Source of the DNA: Octopus vulgaris
Lineage: Eukaryota
Reading direction: 5' to 3'
NCBI GenBank assembly: GCA_951406725.2
Contig: OX597817.1
Coordinates: 75,268,001 to 75,332,000, forward strand
Length of the DNA stretch: 64,000 nucleotides
The notes under the pieces are model-generated. The model saw only the letters and a program-made list of their open reading frames with translations, did no database searches and had not been told where the DNA came from. Numbering within the stretch: position 1 is the stretch's first letter; every line of letters starts with the position of its first letter. Shown here one piece after another: positions 59,224 through 64,000 of this stretch. A program made the translations under genes and the position numbers.

Positions 59224-59410
59224 GTAATTCCTCGATGTCAGGTATGTCGCCCAGAATGTACATCTGCTATAATGAAACCTGATATTGTTTTCTTTGGAGA
59301 AAACCTCCCTGAACATTTTCACCATCAGATGGCAGAGGACAAAGAGCAATGTGATTTATTAATTGTAATTGGTTCTTCGATGAAAGTTCGACCAGTTGCT
59401 CTAATTCCAA
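59224..59410 (+). CDS. SIRT1: SIRT1 exon 8 (187 nt)
   Basis: VIPRCQVCRPECTSAIMKPDIVFFGENLP...DLLIVIGSSMKVRPVALIP; acceptor AACAG, donor GTGAGT. Confidence 0.97.
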
Positions 59411-60315
59411 GTGAGTATCTACATTAAACCTATAACTCAGTAATTCCAGATACTTGTGTTTTCACATTACTTTTGCAAGTAAAGGACCCACTTGAAATGT
59501 TAGTCCTAGTGTCTACTTGATTACATGGGACACCAATATACATATGAGGCAATGACAAATGACCAAAACCTAGCACCCATTACACTCTTGGAGTGGTTGG
59601 CATTAGGAAGGGTAACCAGCCATAGAAATCATACCAAATCAGACTGGAATCTAGTGCAGCCCTTCAGCTTACCAGCACTAATTAAACCATCCGACCCATG
59701 CCAGCATGGACAGTGGATGTTAAATGATGATGATGACTTATGTTTATAATGTTGCAGTTCATCACCAACCTACCAGTTCTAGAGATTGTCCTCCTATGTC
59801 GGACAGTTTTCTGAATTCTGTAGTCCGTGCTGGTAAGCCTAGTTCTAACTTTAACCATTGATTTAGCCAATACAAAATAATGGCAGTATGCCCCATTTTT
59901 TCTGTGGTTTCAAAGTCTAGTAGAATATAAAAAAAAATCTCTGACTTAAAGTACAAGTAAGGGCTGGCATCAAGAAAAAGTATACAGCTGTAAAATACTA
60001 CCTCAAATAAGTCCCCATCCAAATCATAGTAGCATGGAAATACAGACATTAAACATACAGATCTTGTTTTTCTAAATTCATGATGTAATTAATATGTTTG
60101 TGAAATAACCAATTAAATTCATCACCATCATTATTTTAACACCCACTCATATCTGACCCATGCTGGCATTGCTCAGATAGGATTTGTTAAAGCAGATTTT
60201 CTACAGCTGGATGCTTTTCTTGTCACCATCTCTCACCTGTTTTCAAGAAACAAAGGACACTGTTTGTATGGTGGTGATACTCATTTACAACTATCGTGCA
60301 TGCAACTGTGCGCAT

Positions 60316-60352
<37 letters not shown>

Positions 60353-60722
60353 ATGGGCTTCTTTCAGTTTACATCTGCCAGATCTATTCACATCACTTTA
60401 GTTGGCTCAGGGCTGTAAAATGTGCTCAAGGTGCCATTTAGTGGAACTGAGTTCAAAACCATGTGATTGAGAAGCAAACTTATTACCCACACAGCCATAC
60501 CTGCACCAAGATATGTGTTTTAGATATGTTTTTTTGTAATTGTTAATTTAAAAAATTTTAATTAATATTTTTTTCACTGTTATCTTTACTGCAAATTGTT
60601 TATTGTTTGTTAAAAAAAACAAAACAAAATAAAACAAAAGACAATGATTGTGTATCTATTTCTGTTATCAATCAGTTTCTGTTTTTTTTTTATTGCTGAT
60701 TCACTGCAATTTGTTTTTCCAG

Positions 60723-61133
60723 ATTACATTCCTGCACATGTACCCCAGATCCTCATCAATAGAGAACCTTTGAAGCACATGACCTTTGATGTGGAATTGT
60801 TAGGGGATGGAGACATAATTGTGAACGATCTTTGTAAACGCCTTGGCGAGGGCTGGAAAGAAGCCTTCTGTGATTCCGGGCCTTCTTTTACACAAATAAG
60901 GAAGGACCAACTTGAAACTCCTTCTCTAAAACCAGAACTGAAAGAAACGGGGAAAGGTTTACAGAACTCGCTATTCTCATCTCCTTTAAAACCAAATGAT
61001 GTTCATGCCCCCTCATCAGATATTACAAAAGACTGTTTACATGACACTCATTCAATTGTTCCTCCTGAAAACACAAACGGACAGGACAGTTTGTCTGCAA
61101 GTAATAACACACACCTCATTTCACATTCATTGT
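60723..61133 (+). CDS. SIRT1: SIRT1 exon 9 (411 nt); gene continues beyond the window
   Basis: NYIPAHVPQILINREPLKHMTFDVELLGDGDIIVNDLCKRLGEGW...; acceptor TTTTTCCAG, probable donor T|GTAAGT (otherwise a stop at 61139-61141). Confidence 0.9.
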
Positions 61134-64000
61134 GTAAGTAGTGTCAGAGGCAACTTTCTTCGATTTAAAAATTTGCTATTAATTTTTATATCCATAATCT
61201 TAATTCTCAAGTTTATTTTTGAATTGCTCAAGAAAGCTTATAAACATAAATTAACAAAATTATATGCATAGGCACAGGTGTGGCTGTATGGTAAGAAGCT
61301 TACCTTCCAGCCACATGGTTTCAGGTTTAGTCTCTCTGTGTGACACCTTGGACAAGTGTCTTCTGCTATGGTTCCAGGTTGACCAAAGCCTTGTGAGTGG
61401 ATTTGATTGACAGAAACTGAAAGAAGCCTGTCGTGTGTGTGTAACTGTCTCATTGAATTTGTATGATAGTTGTAAAACAAGTGTCAGCATCATGCAAGCA
61501 GTGTTTTTCTTTTACAATCTTCCATGAAAATATGTCTGGCCATGGAGAAATTATTATCTTACTTGGAAATGGGTGAGGGTTGGTGACAAGAAGGGAATCT
61601 GGCCACAGGAAATCTGCCTCAACAAATTTTGTCTGACCCATGTGTGCATGGCTAAGATGTTAAAATGATGATGATATGGACTTGAAACAATATTAGATTA
61701 AAATAACAATGTGTGGATAACATCTATGTTGCGTATACAAATTTGTTATGGGACTGGTTGTAATATTTTGTCTTGGAGAAGCATCTCAAAGAAACTTGTA
61801 TGTTAAAAAAAAACAGAACTTACTCAGAGTGATATTGGCATATCATTTGACCCAGTGTTTTAACCTCATTTGGTCTCCAGTGATGAACATCTCTGGATAT
61901 TCTGAGCTAAGCTGGAAAAGGTTTTGCTAATGAAATCACTAAGCAAAATATTCACTGATTTGTGCAAAAGCTGGCTAGGCTAGAATTAAATGAACTTCTA
62001 CTTTTGAAACAGCATTAGATTAAAATACTGGCATGTACAACGTTAAAAGCACCATCCAATCATGGCCGTTTGCTAGCCTCGTCTGGCACCTGTGCAGGTG
62101 GCACGTAAAAAGCACCCACTACATTCATGGAGTGGTTGGTGTTAGGAAGGGCATCCAGCTGTAGACACACTGCCAGATCAGACTGGACCTGGTGCAGCCT
62201 TCTGGCTTCCCAGACCCCAGTTGAACCATCCAACCCATGCTAGCATGGAAAATGGACTTTAAATGATGATGATATAATTGTGAAAGAGCACTTGCTGTTA
62301 TATTTTATCTCAGAGAAACTTCTCAAAGAAAATTGCATGTTAAAATGCACTGTACTCACTTGGAATGTCATTGACAGATTGTGACACGGTGTTTCAACTT
62401 CATCTGGTCTTCTCAGTGACAAAAAATACTGTGTATGTATTTCCTTAGGTCGTTGCCAGTCCCGCTGTGCTGGCTCCTGTGCAGGTGGCACGTAAAAAAC
62501 ACCATTTGAGCGTGGCCATTGCCATTACTGCCTGACTGGTCCTCGTGCTGGTGGCACGTAAAAGCACCCACTACACTCTCAGAGTGGTTGGCTTTAGGAA
62601 GGGCATCCAGCTGTAGAAACCCTGCCAGATCAGATTGGAACTTGGTGCAGCCATCTGGTTTGCCAGATCTCAGTCAAATTGTCCAACCCATGCTAGCATG
62701 GAAAGCGTACGTTAAACAATGATGATGATGATAACAGACCCACAAAACCGCCTCCATATGCCTGTTAGAAATAGAAACCAAATCTGACTCAGATACACCC
62801 TAATGTCATAGCTTACAGATAGATTGGACAATATAGTCCTTAACATACCAAAAAGACAAAAATCAAAAAAACATCTAGTATACCTTTGATAAAGGAACTA
62901 CACATTGGTTAATGTAATCCAAGATTCACTGTTTTAAACAAAGACAAGAAGGTTACAGCAGGAATACCTTTATCATAGGTTTCCTTGATCAGTATTGACC
63001 TTGGTCTAAACAATAACACACTGGTATAAGAAACACTAACCTTTTTATTTTCTCCCCAGAGATATCTTTCTGGTAGATAAGTAAAATATGTATTTTTCAA
63101 TTATATAAGTGCAAGCTTAACTGTGGTAAAAAGTTTGCTCCCTTGCCATGTGGCTTTGGGTTCAGCCCCACTGCGTGACGCTTTGGGTGTCTTCTGCTAT
63201 AGTTCTTGGTTGACCAAAGCCTTCTGAGTGGACGTTGTTGATAGAAACTGAAACAAGCCTGTCATGTATATGTATATGTGTGTTACTGTATCCTTGTCTT
63301 GACATCACTTGATAAATGTAAATGAAAGTTACCATCATGCAAGCTGTATCCATTATCAATCTGCCATGAAAACATGTCTGGTCATGAAGAATTATTACCT
63401 TACCAGGAAATAAATGAGGGTTGGTGACAGGAAGGACATCCAGCCATAGAAAATCTGTTTCAACAAATACTGTCCAACACATATAAGTATGGAAAAGTGG
63501 ATATTAAAAATGATAATAATGATGATGATTTATTGCAATAAATGATCCAGTATATATAACACAGAAATTTTTTGATATTTCCGTATCGGTTTTCATTAGT
63601 CTACTGGATGAAACAGGTTGTGAATGTGCAGACATAGTTACTTGAACCAAGTTGTTAGAGTTAGAAAAAGCAACAACAACAAAATTTTTTTATTTAAATC
63701 TTTAACCTCACCCCACATCAAGTAAGTCCATGCACACATACACATGTGTGATTTAAAAAAAAAAAACATATTTGCTAGCAGAAAAGTATGCTATTAGAAT
63801 AAATGATCTTTTACAAATCTCTTTAATCACATGCATACACATACACTCAGCATGAGCAATATACCTTTATAGAGAGTGAAAACAGCAACAAAAAAATATT
63901 TAAATATTTAACCCCCACCTGCATCAAGTGAATTTGTGTGTGTGTGAGAAAAAACATTTACTAACAGAAAAGTATGCTAATAAAATAAATTCTTTTACGT

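Noticed and set aside
63045-63080. Acceptor-like site TTTTCTCCCCAG as the next SIRT1 exon
   Set aside because: Joining in phase 1 creates an immediate TAG, and no SIRT1 C-terminal similarity follows.

Overview
AT-rich, repeat-dense animal genomic DNA. The (TA)n arrays, SINE families and homopolymer-rich exon suggest an octopus or other coleoid cephalopod (inference). The window holds nine coding exons of a + strand SIRT1 (class I sirtuin) gene, from the ATG at 14465 to a splice donor after 61133; the remaining 3' exon(s) lie beyond the window. All eight junctions between these exons are GT-AG and phase-compatible. The rest is a fossil record of mobile DNA: a defective mariner, degenerate CRE, R4-like, RTE and other APE LINE fragments, a fairly intact 5'-truncated RTE LINE with an 11-bp TSD, two Penelope-like (GIY-YIG) elements, two non-autonomous Helitrons, piggyBac- and hAT-type MITEs, and several SINE families. 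Highlights: (i) about 16.8 kb of the 19-kb intron 4 appears nested inside one small hAT MITE; (ii) this block carries four hammerhead-ribozyme-like motifs, three of them in short islands within (TA)n arrays, one nearly canonical and sense to the pre-mRNA; (iii) a His codon (CAC) sits at a normally Arg sirtuin position, one A-to-G change from Arg, near two intronic hairpins, making it a candidate A-to-I recoding site. The many IYIY/CVCV/ERER ORFs are microsatellite artefacts.
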